A stretch of 64,000 nucleotides of DNA from Candidatus Omnitrophota bacterium (GTDB lineage Bacteria; Omnitrophota; Gorgyraeia; Zapsychrales; Zapsychraceae): NCBI GenBank assembly GCA_029261065.1, contig JAJDCB010000009.1, positions 33,625 through 97,624 of the forward strand, written 5' to 3'. Position numbers and translations under genes: made by a program. Every line of letters begins with the position of its first letter. Position 1 is the stretch's first letter. The notes under the pieces are model-generated. The model was not told the DNA's origin. It did no database searches and saw nothing but the letters and a program-made list of their open reading frames with translations. Positions 31,289 through 40,439 of this stretch are shown here, one piece after another.

Positions 31289-31822
31289 CTATCGATTATT
31301 ACAATCTTCCGGACAATTACAACTATTTTCGAATTGATTACAAATTCCGTTACCACAAGGCAAACAGGCTGCCACACTATCAACAGAATTTGACCCTTTC
31401 ATATCACAGGTTCCATCAAAAAATTCAACACCACAACGTTTAACCATTCCCTCGCAACATTGCACATCTTGTCCCGTATACGCTAACCCACCACATCCTC
31501 CAGCGGGTTGAACTTTGTAATAACACACCTTTTTCCCCGAACATCCATCCATAATCTGGCAAGAATCTTCCGGACAATCATCAACGCTTAACTCCAAACA
31601 CGATTTTGGAAAACAGCCTATATCACATCCATCAAAAAGGATGCCAGCATAACATGTCTGCATACATTTATCCTTTGGACACTCCTCTTCTTTTTCATAA
31701 ATATCAGCGCAATATTCTCCTAATTCATCGGCTTTAAGAGAGCTTGTAAAAACTAATCCAGTGAACACTATTAAAACACATACAAAAAATCTTAAAATTA
31801 TTCTTCTTGAAAATAATATCAT
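31289..31822 (-). CDS. Secreted cysteine-rich protein of unknown function (about 22 Cys in ~150-aa mature part)
   Basis: 177 aa. It has a signal peptide/TM at the N-terminus (RFFVCVLIVFTGLVFTSSLKA). The mature region is acidic and carries CxxC/CC motifs and a C-terminal CGNGICNQFENSCNCPEDC, which is a Cys-rich-repeat-like motif. Its stop lies 4 bp from the convergent lpxB stop. Confidence 0.5.
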   Translation of the reverse strand: MILFSRRIILRFFVCVLIVFTGLVFTSSLKADELGEYCADIYEKEEECPKDKCMQTCYAGILFDGCDIGCFPKSCLELSVDDCPEDSCQIMDGCSGKKVCYYKVQPAGGCGGLAYTGQDVQCCEGMVKRCGVEFFDGTCDMKGSNSVDSVAACLPCGNGICNQFENSCNCPEDCNNR

Positions 31823-31952
31823 GATACGTCCTCTTTAAAGTATTGTTGATTTAAGAATTTTTTACTTTTACTACCCTCTAACAAGATTACCCTCTACTTG
31901 AAATCAAAAAAATATTTTGATTACAAAAAATTTAGTTGCCATAAACCGCTTA

Positions 31953-32225
31953 TTATTCAGCTTCTAACTCTAAATACACCTTAGGATCCCCTAAGACACC
32001 GGCCATTTTCATTCCTTCCCGTAATTCCTCAGACTGTGAAAAACGGACAGCCTTATGAAGATCATCCCACTCAAAAACGATGGAAATGTCATTAAGATCA
32101 TCTGAATTACGAAAAATCTGGCAACTGCTCTGGCCGCTCATTTTTCTAAAAGGCGCTCCTAAATCAAAAAGTTTCTTCCACTTATCAAAATCTTCTACCT
32201 TATGTTGTACAATAATTTTAGCCAT
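31953..32225 (-). CDS. Small hypothetical protein (90 aa), possibly ferredoxin-like alpha+beta fold (Dabb/ABM/EthD-like)
   Basis: This ORF has no signal peptide and a charged C-terminus. It lies between the Bat operon end and the Cys-rich protein gene. No confident family assignment can be made by eye. Confidence 0.4.
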   Translation of the reverse strand: MAKIIVQHKVEDFDKWKKLFDLGAPFRKMSGQSSCQIFRNSDDLNDISIVFEWDDLHKAVRFSQSEELREGMKMAGVLGDPKVYLELEAE

Positions 32226-32250
32226 TTATCCCTCCGTTTAAATTGCCTTA

Positions 32251-33012
32251 TTAAAACCTTTCCACAGATTTTTGGCGGACCCAGCCGGATTTGCTATCTA
32301 TCCGTTTTATTTTAAACCAATCATCCTCTTTTTTCAAAATTTTTAACCCCACACCTTCAGGTAGCGGAAAATGGATAGTAGAATTTTTTCTCGGTTCAAA
32401 TCTCGCTTCATCCTTTATTATTACATAAGCTAAATTCGAGTCTCCATTAATCTTCATAATAAAACCAAATAAAAAAACGCAGAAAATCACAGCAAAAGCA
32501 GTAAATGCCCATTTCCTTGTTGAAGATTTCCACTTTAAGAATTCTGCGATCAAATACATTAGACTCATTACTATCAAAATGCATGTCATGATAGTAAACA
32601 TCTCCTCTTTTGTATAAAACTGGACATGAGCCTTAAGAGCCCTCTGATAAAGGTTTAAAGAAACCTTTGTATTATCTTTTATACGCGCCTTAGCAAAACG
32701 ATAATTGAATTTTAAATCTCCATCACGCGGAATAATTCTTAAGGCACGCTCATAATTGAGCATAGCCTTTCCTAATTGTTTATTTTTAATGTAACTGTTG
32801 GCTAGATTAAAATAAACGTTTCCACTCACACGGCCGCTTGCAATGATAGCCTCATAATCCTCAATTGCTTTTCCCAAATCTCCACTTTTATAATAATGTT
32901 CAGCGGAGACAAACTTGCCCAGAATATCTTTCTTACTGAGATTACTCCACGCAGGATTGATCATCATTAAACTTAAAATACACACAAGACTCGCAATTCG
33001 CCGTTTTCTCAT
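32251..33012 (-). CDS. batE: BatE-like protein: signal peptide, TPR repeats, TM helix, C-terminal SH3-like domain
   Basis: 253 aa. It has the TPR motif YFNLANSYIKNKQLGKAMLNYERALRI, a mid-protein TM, and a C-terminal ...DDWFKIKRIDSKSGWVRQKSV SH3b-like region. It overlaps batD by 4 nt. Confidence 0.65.
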   Translation of the reverse strand: MRKRRIASLVCILSLMMINPAWSNLSKKDILGKFVSAEHYYKSGDLGKAIEDYEAIIASGRVSGNVYFNLANSYIKNKQLGKAMLNYERALRIIPRDGDLKFNYRFAKARIKDNTKVSLNLYQRALKAHVQFYTKEEMFTIMTCILIVMSLMYLIAEFLKWKSSTRKWAFTAFAVIFCVFLFGFIMKINGDSNLAYVIIKDEARFEPRKNSTIHFPLPEGVGLKILKKEDDWFKIKRIDSKSGWVRQKSVERF

Positions 33013-34835
33013 TTAATTCGCCTCTCAATATGATCAATAATTTCTTCAACGCGTTGATAAGCAATTCTCATATTTTTGGCATCAATAATACGGGAACCAA
33101 AACGAATGGTGTCACACTCCTCAATTGTGACTGCAATATCCGTTAAAAACTTTTCATCAATACGTTTGGATTCTTCACAATTTTTAATTGCTTCATAATT
33201 CACAGCCCCTAAAGCCAGATGAAATTTATGGGCTAAGTAATGCTGTAGGGTTTTAAATAAACTGTCATAAAATTGATCAATCTTATTTAAATCCATAAGC
33301 CTTCTGGCCTGCATAAGATCTTTTCTTGCATGCTTAGGAGCAAGATGTCTTTTGGCAAAAACCGTATCTGTTTCCAATCTTTGATAACGCTTTAAAAAGA
33401 ACAAAACCACCCCCCACAATAATCCATACAGCAAAAGAAATATAAAATAATAACCCTGCTTATAAAAGGGCCTATCCTTTTCTTCTAGAATCCCCAATCT
33501 ATCTTTAATAAAAACGATATCACTACCTAACTCTTGCTGCTTTTCAATAATCTCAAGTTTTTTATTCAATCCAATAACGCGAAGTTCCCCATCCCCTTCG
33601 ACTTTCTGAATGTTAATAGGAAAAGGACCTTTTGTAATCGTTAAATATTTATTATATCGAGGATCAAAATAGGAAAAATTAATGGCTGGGAATTCTTTAA
33701 TATCTGAAGATTTTGGAATAACAACCTCTTCCAAACGTTTTTGCTTGCCATCATCTTTAATAATGGGTTCATATACTTTAAATTGATCCTCAATATCAAG
33801 CTTAGGAAAATTAACCGTTTTTAAATGCCCTTCACCACTAATCATCATCTTAAGCGTTAACGGATCTCCCTCTTTGACATCTGATGGACCAACGGAGGCA
33901 TCAAAATGATAATTTCCCACCGCTCCATTAAATCCAATCGGACGCCCTTCACTTGGTAAATCCTTCACCTTAATAACCATCTCACCTGATTTAATTTTAA
34001 TTGGTCTTTTTTCAGATCGATTAAAAAAATCTGAAAAGAAAGGATCATCAAAGACGCTCTCACGACGATTAGATTTGTCTGATGCAACCAATATATTGCA
34101 ATTAACGGTAAGAGGCCCTAAATTCAACTCCCCAGTTCGTGTTGGATAAATCGTTTTATTAAATTCAACAATGTCATATTTCAAACCATTAATAACCTGT
34201 TGATATTGTTTAACAGCTGTCTTACCTTCTTCACTAAATCCGACATTATCTAAAATAGGATAATTAATATCCCTTAAAGACAACTCGTTGGCATACAAAA
34301 GTATTTTGATAGGAATAGGACTGTTAAGATAAAATTCTGTATCAGGCGCTTTTAGCACTACAAATAACTTATCATCTAATGTGCGCGCTTTTGGTTGTTG
34401 TGTTTGAATGGTGTTTTTGCTAGCGCCAGGAATATCTATCACTGTAATCGTGATAGCGTCGGTAAAATATCTCTTTGAATCAACATCCAACTCTAAAGAA
34501 GGAATTTCAAATTCACCAACCTTTAAAGGATAAAATTTATAAACAAACGTCTTTGAGCTTGAATATTGAGCATTCAGGATTGTATAACTTGTTTTCGAAC
34601 CGGCGGCTTGCACATCGAAGCCTTCAATATTAGAAAAAGGAACAGGAATAACATCTTGTGAACCATTGACTGTCACGGTTAACTCCACATAAGAGTCTAA
34701 TCGCACCTCTTTTTTATCAACGGAGGCCTCAACACTAACCGCTTGGGCATAAGCTTGTGGAGAAACTCCTATTACGATAAAGGAAAAGAGAACAAACAAT
34801 AACAATCGATTTATAGTTACCAATAACTTTATCAT
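33009..34835 (-). CDS. batD: BatD (oxygen-tolerance protein BatD family)
   Basis: 608 aa. It has a signal peptide, a large beta-rich periplasmic region, and a C-proximal TM (YFIFLLLYGLLWGVVLFFL) followed by a cytoplasmic tail. This is the typical BatD architecture and operon position. Confidence 0.65.
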   Translation of the reverse strand: MIKLLVTINRLLLFVLFSFIVIGVSPQAYAQAVSVEASVDKKEVRLDSYVELTVTVNGSQDVIPVPFSNIEGFDVQAAGSKTSYTILNAQYSSSKTFVYKFYPLKVGEFEIPSLELDVDSKRYFTDAITITVIDIPGASKNTIQTQQPKARTLDDKLFVVLKAPDTEFYLNSPIPIKILLYANELSLRDINYPILDNVGFSEEGKTAVKQYQQVINGLKYDIVEFNKTIYPTRTGELNLGPLTVNCNILVASDKSNRRESVFDDPFFSDFFNRSEKRPIKIKSGEMVIKVKDLPSEGRPIGFNGAVGNYHFDASVGPSDVKEGDPLTLKMMISGEGHLKTVNFPKLDIEDQFKVYEPIIKDDGKQKRLEEVVIPKSSDIKEFPAINFSYFDPRYNKYLTITKGPFPINIQKVEGDGELRVIGLNKKLEIIEKQQELGSDIVFIKDRLGILEEKDRPFYKQGYYFIFLLLYGLLWGVVLFFLKRYQRLETDTVFAKRHLAPKHARKDLMQARRLMDLNKIDQFYDSLFKTLQHYLAHKFHLALGAVNYEAIKNCEESKRIDEKFLTDIAVTIEECDTIRFGSRIIDAKNMRIAYQRVEEIIDHIERRIK

Positions 34836-34841
34836 TACGCG

Positions 34842-35834
34842 TTACCAATCCTTCAAAACAGATTGAGATTTAAATTTTTGTTTATACACATTTAATAACC
34901 CTCGAGGCTCAACGGATTGTTGATAACTCTGTAAAAGCGTTTGCGCTTCTTGCTCTGTCAGCTCTTTGTTCTCTTTCTTCATCTTATTATCTTGAGCTTG
35001 CTCATTGGCCGAAGACTGATCTTCATTAGCCTGCTCTTGTTCATTCTTTTTTTCTTCTTCATTTGAATCCGGTTGAGATTGGGATTGCTCATCTTCTTGG
35101 TCTTCATTATTATTTTGTTCATTCTGACTTTCTTGATCCTGCTCTGAGTTCTGTTGTTGCTCATTTTGGTTTGAAGACTGCGATTGATCATCTTGATTTT
35201 CTTCCTGCTGAGACTGATTGGAATCGTTATTTTCCTCTTTATTTTGAGAATCCTGATCCTCTTGATCGTTGTTATTCTCCTGCGATTGATCTTTAGACTG
35301 ATCTGAAGACTGCCTATTTTGCTGCACCTGTTTCTCTATTTTTTCAACTAATCGCTCTGCCAATTCCAAATTGTATTTAGCATCTTCATTTTTCCAGTTA
35401 ATAGCCAAAGCATTCTCAAATTGAGCCACAGCCTCCTTTGAATGATCTAAACTCACCATCAAATCCTCCGATCCTAATCGATTTGCCCTCTGATAGTTAG
35501 CATTTCCAAGATTAAAATGAACCTGCTCTTTCAACTCTAAATCCTCCGTTAAAGTGGCAAAATTTAAATTCTCAATAGCTTGGGCATAGTCTTTCAATTT
35601 ATACAGAGCGGTGCCTTTATTAAAACTTATAATAGCAGAAAGAGGATCCCGCTCTAAGGCCTGATCATATTTTTCTAAAGCTTTAGAATAATCATCTTTT
35701 TTATAGTAATTATTTCCCTTTTTGACATCTCCCTCCATTGAGGCTAACACCGATGTGGCATTTCCAATAATTAAGACAAATAAACTAATCAAAAAGATTA
35801 ATCCTGTTTTTTCTTTTTTCGTGTTGATAAACAT
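34842..35834 (-). CDS. batC: BatC-like TPR protein with a long acidic Q/N/E/D/S-rich low-complexity tail
   Basis: 330 aa. It has a signal peptide and TPR units (YYKKDDYSKALEKYDQAL; ALYKLKDYAQAIENL). Residues ~170-290 form an extremely low-complexity stretch (QQNRQSSDQSKDQSQENNNDQEDQD...), corresponding to nt ~34965-35325. Confidence 0.65.
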   Translation of the reverse strand: MFINTKKEKTGLIFLISLFVLIIGNATSVLASMEGDVKKGNNYYKKDDYSKALEKYDQALERDPLSAIISFNKGTALYKLKDYAQAIENLNFATLTEDLELKEQVHFNLGNANYQRANRLGSEDLMVSLDHSKEAVAQFENALAINWKNEDAKYNLELAERLVEKIEKQVQQNRQSSDQSKDQSQENNNDQEDQDSQNKEENNDSNQSQQEENQDDQSQSSNQNEQQQNSEQDQESQNEQNNNEDQEDEQSQSQPDSNEEEKKNEQEQANEDQSSANEQAQDNKMKKENKELTEQEAQTLLQSYQQSVEPRGLLNVYKQKFKSQSVLKDW

Positions 35835-36808
35835 GTCTCCGTTACAAGTAATAAAAGGGCCATACTTAATGGAATTTGAAACCGTTCATTAAAACGTTTT
35901 TCTTTTTTACTTTCCACTTCCCGACGCTGCATCTTAGAAATCTGTTGATCATATAAATAATCTAGCCCAAACTGAGCGCCACTCGCTTTTACATAAACGC
36001 CGCCGGTTGTTAACGCAATATCTTGCAAAATCCTTTCATTAAGTCTGGACTTAACAACATTTCCTTTAGAATCCTTCAAATACCCTTCATCTCCTCTACT
36101 ATTGCGAATCCGAATTAATTCCCCTTCCCTCGTTCCAATACCTATCGTAAATATTTTAATCCCTTTTTCTTTAGCCACCTTCGCTACTTTTAAAGGATCC
36201 CCCTCCAAATTATCACCATCTGTAATGATAATAACAGCCTTGTGTTGGCTTAGTGTATTATCGTAACTCTTTAAGGACTCGGAGATGGCGGCCTCTAAAT
36301 TCGTTCCTCCCACAGGAATCGATGATGTGCTTAGTGCATTAAGACTCAACACAAAACCATTGTAATCGACCGTCAAAGGGCAAACCATAAAGGCATCCCC
36401 TGAAAAAGCAATGAGACCTATACGATCGCCTTTTAATTTCTTTAATAAATCCATAACAGCCAATCGTGTTCGCTCCAAACGATTGGGTTTAACATCTTGG
36501 GTAAGCATACTTTTTGATGTATCCACAACAACCAATATATCTACGGCTTCACGTTTTATCTCTCGCCACTGAAATCCCCATTGGGGACGCGCTAAAGCAA
36601 CAATACTTAAAGCAACGACCCCACCGATAAGCACCATTTTCAAAATATTACGCGAATGTTCCGTATTACGATTTACTTCTTTTAAAAGCTGTGGCTCAAT
36701 AAAACTTTCCGTGATTTTTTGTTTTCTTTTATGACTCCAATAGAAGAAAAAAACAAGAATAAAAAGCAGCCAAAAAAGATGAAACATGTTTAAATTTTCA
36801 AATTGCAT
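35798..36808 (-). CDS. batB: BatB: membrane-anchored von Willebrand factor A (VWA) domain protein
   Basis: 336 aa. It has N-terminal TMs and the VWA MIDAS motif ILVVVDTSKSM. The true start may be the downstream Met, which would reduce the 37-nt overlap with batC. Confidence 0.7.
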   Translation of the reverse strand: MQFENLNMFHLFWLLFILVFFFYWSHKRKQKITESFIEPQLLKEVNRNTEHSRNILKMVLIGGVVALSIVALARPQWGFQWREIKREAVDILVVVDTSKSMLTQDVKPNRLERTRLAVMDLLKKLKGDRIGLIAFSGDAFMVCPLTVDYNGFVLSLNALSTSSIPVGGTNLEAAISESLKSYDNTLSQHKAVIIITDGDNLEGDPLKVAKVAKEKGIKIFTIGIGTREGELIRIRNSRGDEGYLKDSKGNVVKSRLNERILQDIALTTGGVYVKASGAQFGLDYLYDQQISKMQRREVESKKEKRFNERFQIPLSMALLLLVTETCLSTRKKKKQD

Positions 36809-36811
36809 AAA

Positions 36812-37804
36812 TTAAGGTATTTTTAAAAAAGAAGTTTGTCTTAAAATTAATTCAATGATCAGTAAGAAAATGGCGGCCAATAAAAACTTCTCAAATAACT
36901 CCGTGTATTCATAATAACCGTATTCTTCAATCTCGGTCTTCTCAAGCCTATCAATCTCTTCATAAATTTTTCGCAAAGAAGAAGTATCTGTGGCCCGATA
37001 ATACTTTCCTCCCGTAATATCCGCAATCTCTTCTAATGTCTTTTCATCTAAATCTAACATCACATTTTGATAAACCTTCTTCCCAAAAAAGTTAGTAGGA
37101 TACGGCACGGGCCCTGTCGAGCCCGCTCCAATCGTATAAATCTTAACACCATAATGCTTAGCGGCTCGGGCAGCTTCAATAGGATCAACATCCCAAACAT
37201 TATTAACGCCATCTGTTAATAAAATGACTATCTTACTTTTTGCTTCACTATCCTTTAATCGCGATAAGGATGAGGCTATAGCCGACCCAACGGCTGTCCC
37301 ATCTTTGATTAAACCCATCTCTACTCGTTCTAAATTCAATACGATCCATGTATAATCCGTAGTTAAAGGACAAACTGTATAAGCCAATCCAGCAAATGCA
37401 ATTAATCCAATCCGATCATTTTGCCTTTTCTCAATAAAATCAATGACAACCTCTTTAATAATATGTAAACGATTCTTTCGTTTGCCATTAATCTTAAAGT
37501 CCTCCGCAGCCATACTACCTGAGGAATCGATTGCCAGTAAAATATCAATCCCCTCTGTTTTAACAATCGCCTTATCGATTACAATGCGAGGACCTGCTAA
37601 AGCAAAACAAAAAAGAAAAATAATGCCATAACGCAAATAACGCGGCAGATGAATAAATCGCATCTTCCACGTGGGCTTTAACGATTTTAGGAGTATGCCA
37701 GATGAGAAATGAAAACCTGTTGACGGCTTTCTTTTTTCACGAGAAATACAGAAGATTAATAAAATGGGAATTAGCAGTAAAAATAAAGGTGTCTTAAAAA
37801 TCAT
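36812..37804 (-). CDS. batA: BatA: membrane-anchored VWA domain protein
   Basis: 330 aa. It has N-terminal TMs and the MIDAS motif ILLAIDSSGSM. It overlaps the DUF4381 gene by 4 nt. Confidence 0.7.
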   Translation of the reverse strand: MIFKTPLFLLLIPILLIFCISREKRKPSTGFHFSSGILLKSLKPTWKMRFIHLPRYLRYGIIFLFCFALAGPRIVIDKAIVKTEGIDILLAIDSSGSMAAEDFKINGKRKNRLHIIKEVVIDFIEKRQNDRIGLIAFAGLAYTVCPLTTDYTWIVLNLERVEMGLIKDGTAVGSAIASSLSRLKDSEAKSKIVILLTDGVNNVWDVDPIEAARAAKHYGVKIYTIGAGSTGPVPYPTNFFGKKVYQNVMLDLDEKTLEEIADITGGKYYRATDTSSLRKIYEEIDRLEKTEIEEYGYYEYTELFEKFLLAAIFLLIIELILRQTSFLKIP

Positions 37805-38361
37805 ACAACCCGTGTCTCCTCAAGTAATGCTTTGGCTAATTCAAAACTCTTCTCAACCTCTTCTCGTCCCGGTTCATGTTTAGCAAATTTAACAAGATCA
37901 CATGACGTTAAAAAGTCCTTTAGAACATTTTTTTGTTTTTCATTTAACTTATCAAGCGCCTGTAAATCAGCTAAAAATTCCTCCGTTGTCATATCTGGGG
38001 CATTAATTGTAAACTGCTCCTCAAAATAGTAACGAATAATACGTGATAATTTTAAATAAAATTCTTCATAACGTTTATTATTTAGAAGATCCTCTTCCTG
38101 CAAAGACTTTAATCTTAACATGGCGCACTCATAAGGTGTTTTGATCTTACCCACCGTTATTTTTCTACGTTCTAACCTTTTTGAGATAACATATAAAACA
38201 CCCAAAATTAACCCACCTAAGAGAAGGAATAACATGATCCAAAAAATAACCGGGTTCATAGGTAAAGCGAAAGGCGGACTAACATCTCGTAATTCCTCTG
38301 CATTAACAGAATGTATATTTATCGTTAGAAAAAATGTTATTAAGAAAAAGGCTTTTTTCAT
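37801..38361 (-). CDS. DUF4381-like small membrane protein of Bat/MoxR operons
   Basis: 186 aa. It has a signal peptide, one TM (VIFWIMLFLLLGGLILGVLYVI) and a C-terminal helical region (...DLVKFAKHEPG...). Its position between DUF58 and BatA is the usual place of DUF4381 genes. Confidence 0.55.
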   Translation of the reverse strand: MKKAFFLITFFLTINIHSVNAEELRDVSPPFALPMNPVIFWIMLFLLLGGLILGVLYVISKRLERRKITVGKIKTPYECAMLRLKSLQEEDLLNNKRYEEFYLKLSRIIRYYFEEQFTINAPDMTTEEFLADLQALDKLNEKQKNVLKDFLTSCDLVKFAKHEPGREEVEKSFELAKALLEETRVV

Positions 38362-39276
38362 TTATCTAAATTTACTTTTTTGCCGTCTTAGAAAAAATTT
38401 AATCATTTCATCGGAATAGGATGAATCCGTTGAAAGATTAATCGAATCAACCCCAACCGATCGAAAAAGCTGATCTCTTGATTTAACCCTGCGATCATTA
38501 TGATAATTATAATGTTCGCGTAATCGGGGACTTGTTGTATCAATGATAAAAGATTTACCTGTTTCAGCATCTTCAAGTTCCACAAGACCGGCTTGTGTTA
38601 GTGTTGTCTCTTTAGGGTCGTTAAGACAAATGGCGGTTAAATCGTGTTTTTTATTTGCTGCAGAAAGTGATTTTTTTAGAGTTTCTCTTAAATCCGCATT
38701 TTCAGGGTCCACCTGATCAACTAAAAAATCAGAGATGAGAAACGTAATAGCACCCCTTGTGGTGACTTTATTCAGATAATCAATCGCTTGAATCAAATCT
38801 GTTTTTTGATGTTCCGGCTCAAAATATAGGATTTCACGCACAACGCGTAGGACATGGCTAAGACCTTTACGTGGAGGAATAAACTTTTCAATTTTATCTG
38901 TAAAAATAATAAGCCCAATCTTATCATTATTACGCGAAGCACTAAGGGCTAGAAGAGCCGACACCTCTGCTGCTAGATGACTTTTAAGATGCTTCACACT
39001 TCCAAATCGTGTGGACTCTGAAACGTCAACTAAAATCATAACGGTTAACTCGCGCTCCTCCACAAATTTCTTTATGTAAGGCTTTCCCGTTCTCGCCGTT
39101 ACGTTCCAATCGATGCTACGCACATCATCGCCGAACTGATACTCTCGCACCTCGTCAAATTCAATGCCTTGGCCTTTAAAGACACTATGATATTGTCCAG
39201 CAAAAACATCTGTTACAAGACGTTTGGTGGTGATTTCAATACGTTTGATATTTTGAAATAGGTCTTTTGGGATCAT
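38362..39276 (-). CDS. DUF58 family protein (MoxR-associated VWA-like)
   Basis: 304 aa. It carries the DUF58 signature VFKGQGIEFDEVREYQFGDDVRSIDWNVTARTGKPYIKKF. Confidence 0.8.
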   Translation of the reverse strand: MIPKDLFQNIKRIEITTKRLVTDVFAGQYHSVFKGQGIEFDEVREYQFGDDVRSIDWNVTARTGKPYIKKFVEERELTVMILVDVSESTRFGSVKHLKSHLAAEVSALLALSASRNNDKIGLIIFTDKIEKFIPPRKGLSHVLRVVREILYFEPEHQKTDLIQAIDYLNKVTTRGAITFLISDFLVDQVDPENADLRETLKKSLSAANKKHDLTAICLNDPKETTLTQAGLVELEDAETGKSFIIDTTSPRLREHYNYHNDRRVKSRDQLFRSVGVDSINLSTDSSYSDEMIKFFLRRQKSKFR

Positions 39277-39361
39277 GATTAGAATATAGGATATGGTGGT
39301 TAGCTTTCAAGGATTTATATAGAAAAGGAATAACGCCCAGAAACCCAACCCTCAATCTTTA

Positions 39362-40357
39362 TTAAGGCACTTCTATTTCATGTAAAATCGTATCCACAAT
39401 GTCTTCAGGAGTTTTCTCTTCAGCCTCGGCCTCATAGCTGATGATGACACGATGTCGAAGCACATCCATGCCGATAGACTTAACATCTTGTGGAGTCACA
39501 TAACCACGCCCCTGCAGGAAAGCGTATGCTTTGGAGGCAATAGCTAAATTAATGGTAGCTCGAGGAGAAGCCCCATATTGAATAAGCCCATTGAGTGATG
39601 ATAAATTATAAGAGCCTGGATCACGTGTGGCATCTACGATATTAACAATGTACTTCTCAATCTTCTCATCCATATAAATTTCATCAACAACTGCTCGCGC
39701 TCGCATTAATTCTTCAGGTTTAATAATCGGTTGAACATCAACCTTGCTTGAAGTAAAAGACATTCGTTGTAATATTTTTAACTCCTCATCCTTAGTAGGA
39801 TAACCGACTTTAACTTTTAACATAAACCGATCCACTTGAGCTTCGGGCAAAGGATACGTTCCTTCCTGTTCAATAGGATTCTGTGTTGCTAATACAAGAA
39901 ACGGCTCATCCAATTGAAGGGTGTCAGATCCGATTGTCACCTGCCTCTCTTGCATCGCTTCAAGTAACGCACTTTGCACCTTGGCAGGAGCACGATTAAT
40001 TTCATCAGCAAGAATGATATTGGCAAAAATCGGTCCTTTTTTAACAATAAAGTCGCCTGACTTCTGATCAAAAATTAATGTTCCCGTTAAATCGGCAGGT
40101 AACATATCAGGTGTAAATTGTAGACGTTGAAATTTTGTTTGAATGGTTTGGGAAAGTGTTTTAACAGCTGTGGTTTTAGCTAATCCTGGGACGCCTTCGA
40201 GTAAAATATGACCGTTAGCCAGCATCCCGACAAGAAGTCGTTCAAAAAGATACTTTTGACCGACCATGACTTTTTGAGTTTCAAGAAGCAACCCTTCAAT
40301 AAAGGCGCTTTCTTTTTTGACTTTCTCATTTATAACTGAGATATCTTGTGTTGACAT
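39362..40357 (-). CDS. moxR: MoxR-family AAA+ ATPase
   Basis: 331 aa. It has Walker A LLEGVPGLAKTT and Walker B ILADEINRA, and is the first gene of the Bat-type operon. Confidence 0.85.
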   Translation of the reverse strand: MSTQDISVINEKVKKESAFIEGLLLETQKVMVGQKYLFERLLVGMLANGHILLEGVPGLAKTTAVKTLSQTIQTKFQRLQFTPDMLPADLTGTLIFDQKSGDFIVKKGPIFANIILADEINRAPAKVQSALLEAMQERQVTIGSDTLQLDEPFLVLATQNPIEQEGTYPLPEAQVDRFMLKVKVGYPTKDEELKILQRMSFTSSKVDVQPIIKPEELMRARAVVDEIYMDEKIEKYIVNIVDATRDPGSYNLSSLNGLIQYGASPRATINLAIASKAYAFLQGRGYVTPQDVKSIGMDVLRHRVIISYEAEAEEKTPEDIVDTILHEIEVP

Positions 40358-40439
40358 AAAGGCCCTCCACTTTTCAATGATTATCTCTTAAATACAATTA
40401 TTGCTAACTATTTATCAACTTCTAAAAATGAACTTACTG

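Noticed and set aside
31282-31291. Convergent stop codons of lpxB (+) and the Cys-rich gene (-) only 4 bp apart
   Set aside because: This is a real feature of the sequence, but it is probably just compact genome organisation. It leaves no room for a discrete regulatory element.
34979-35296. ORFs within the BatC low-complexity region (34979-35191 -, 35063-35296 +)
   Set aside because: These are alternative frames of a repetitive GA/TC-rich stretch and are not independent genes.
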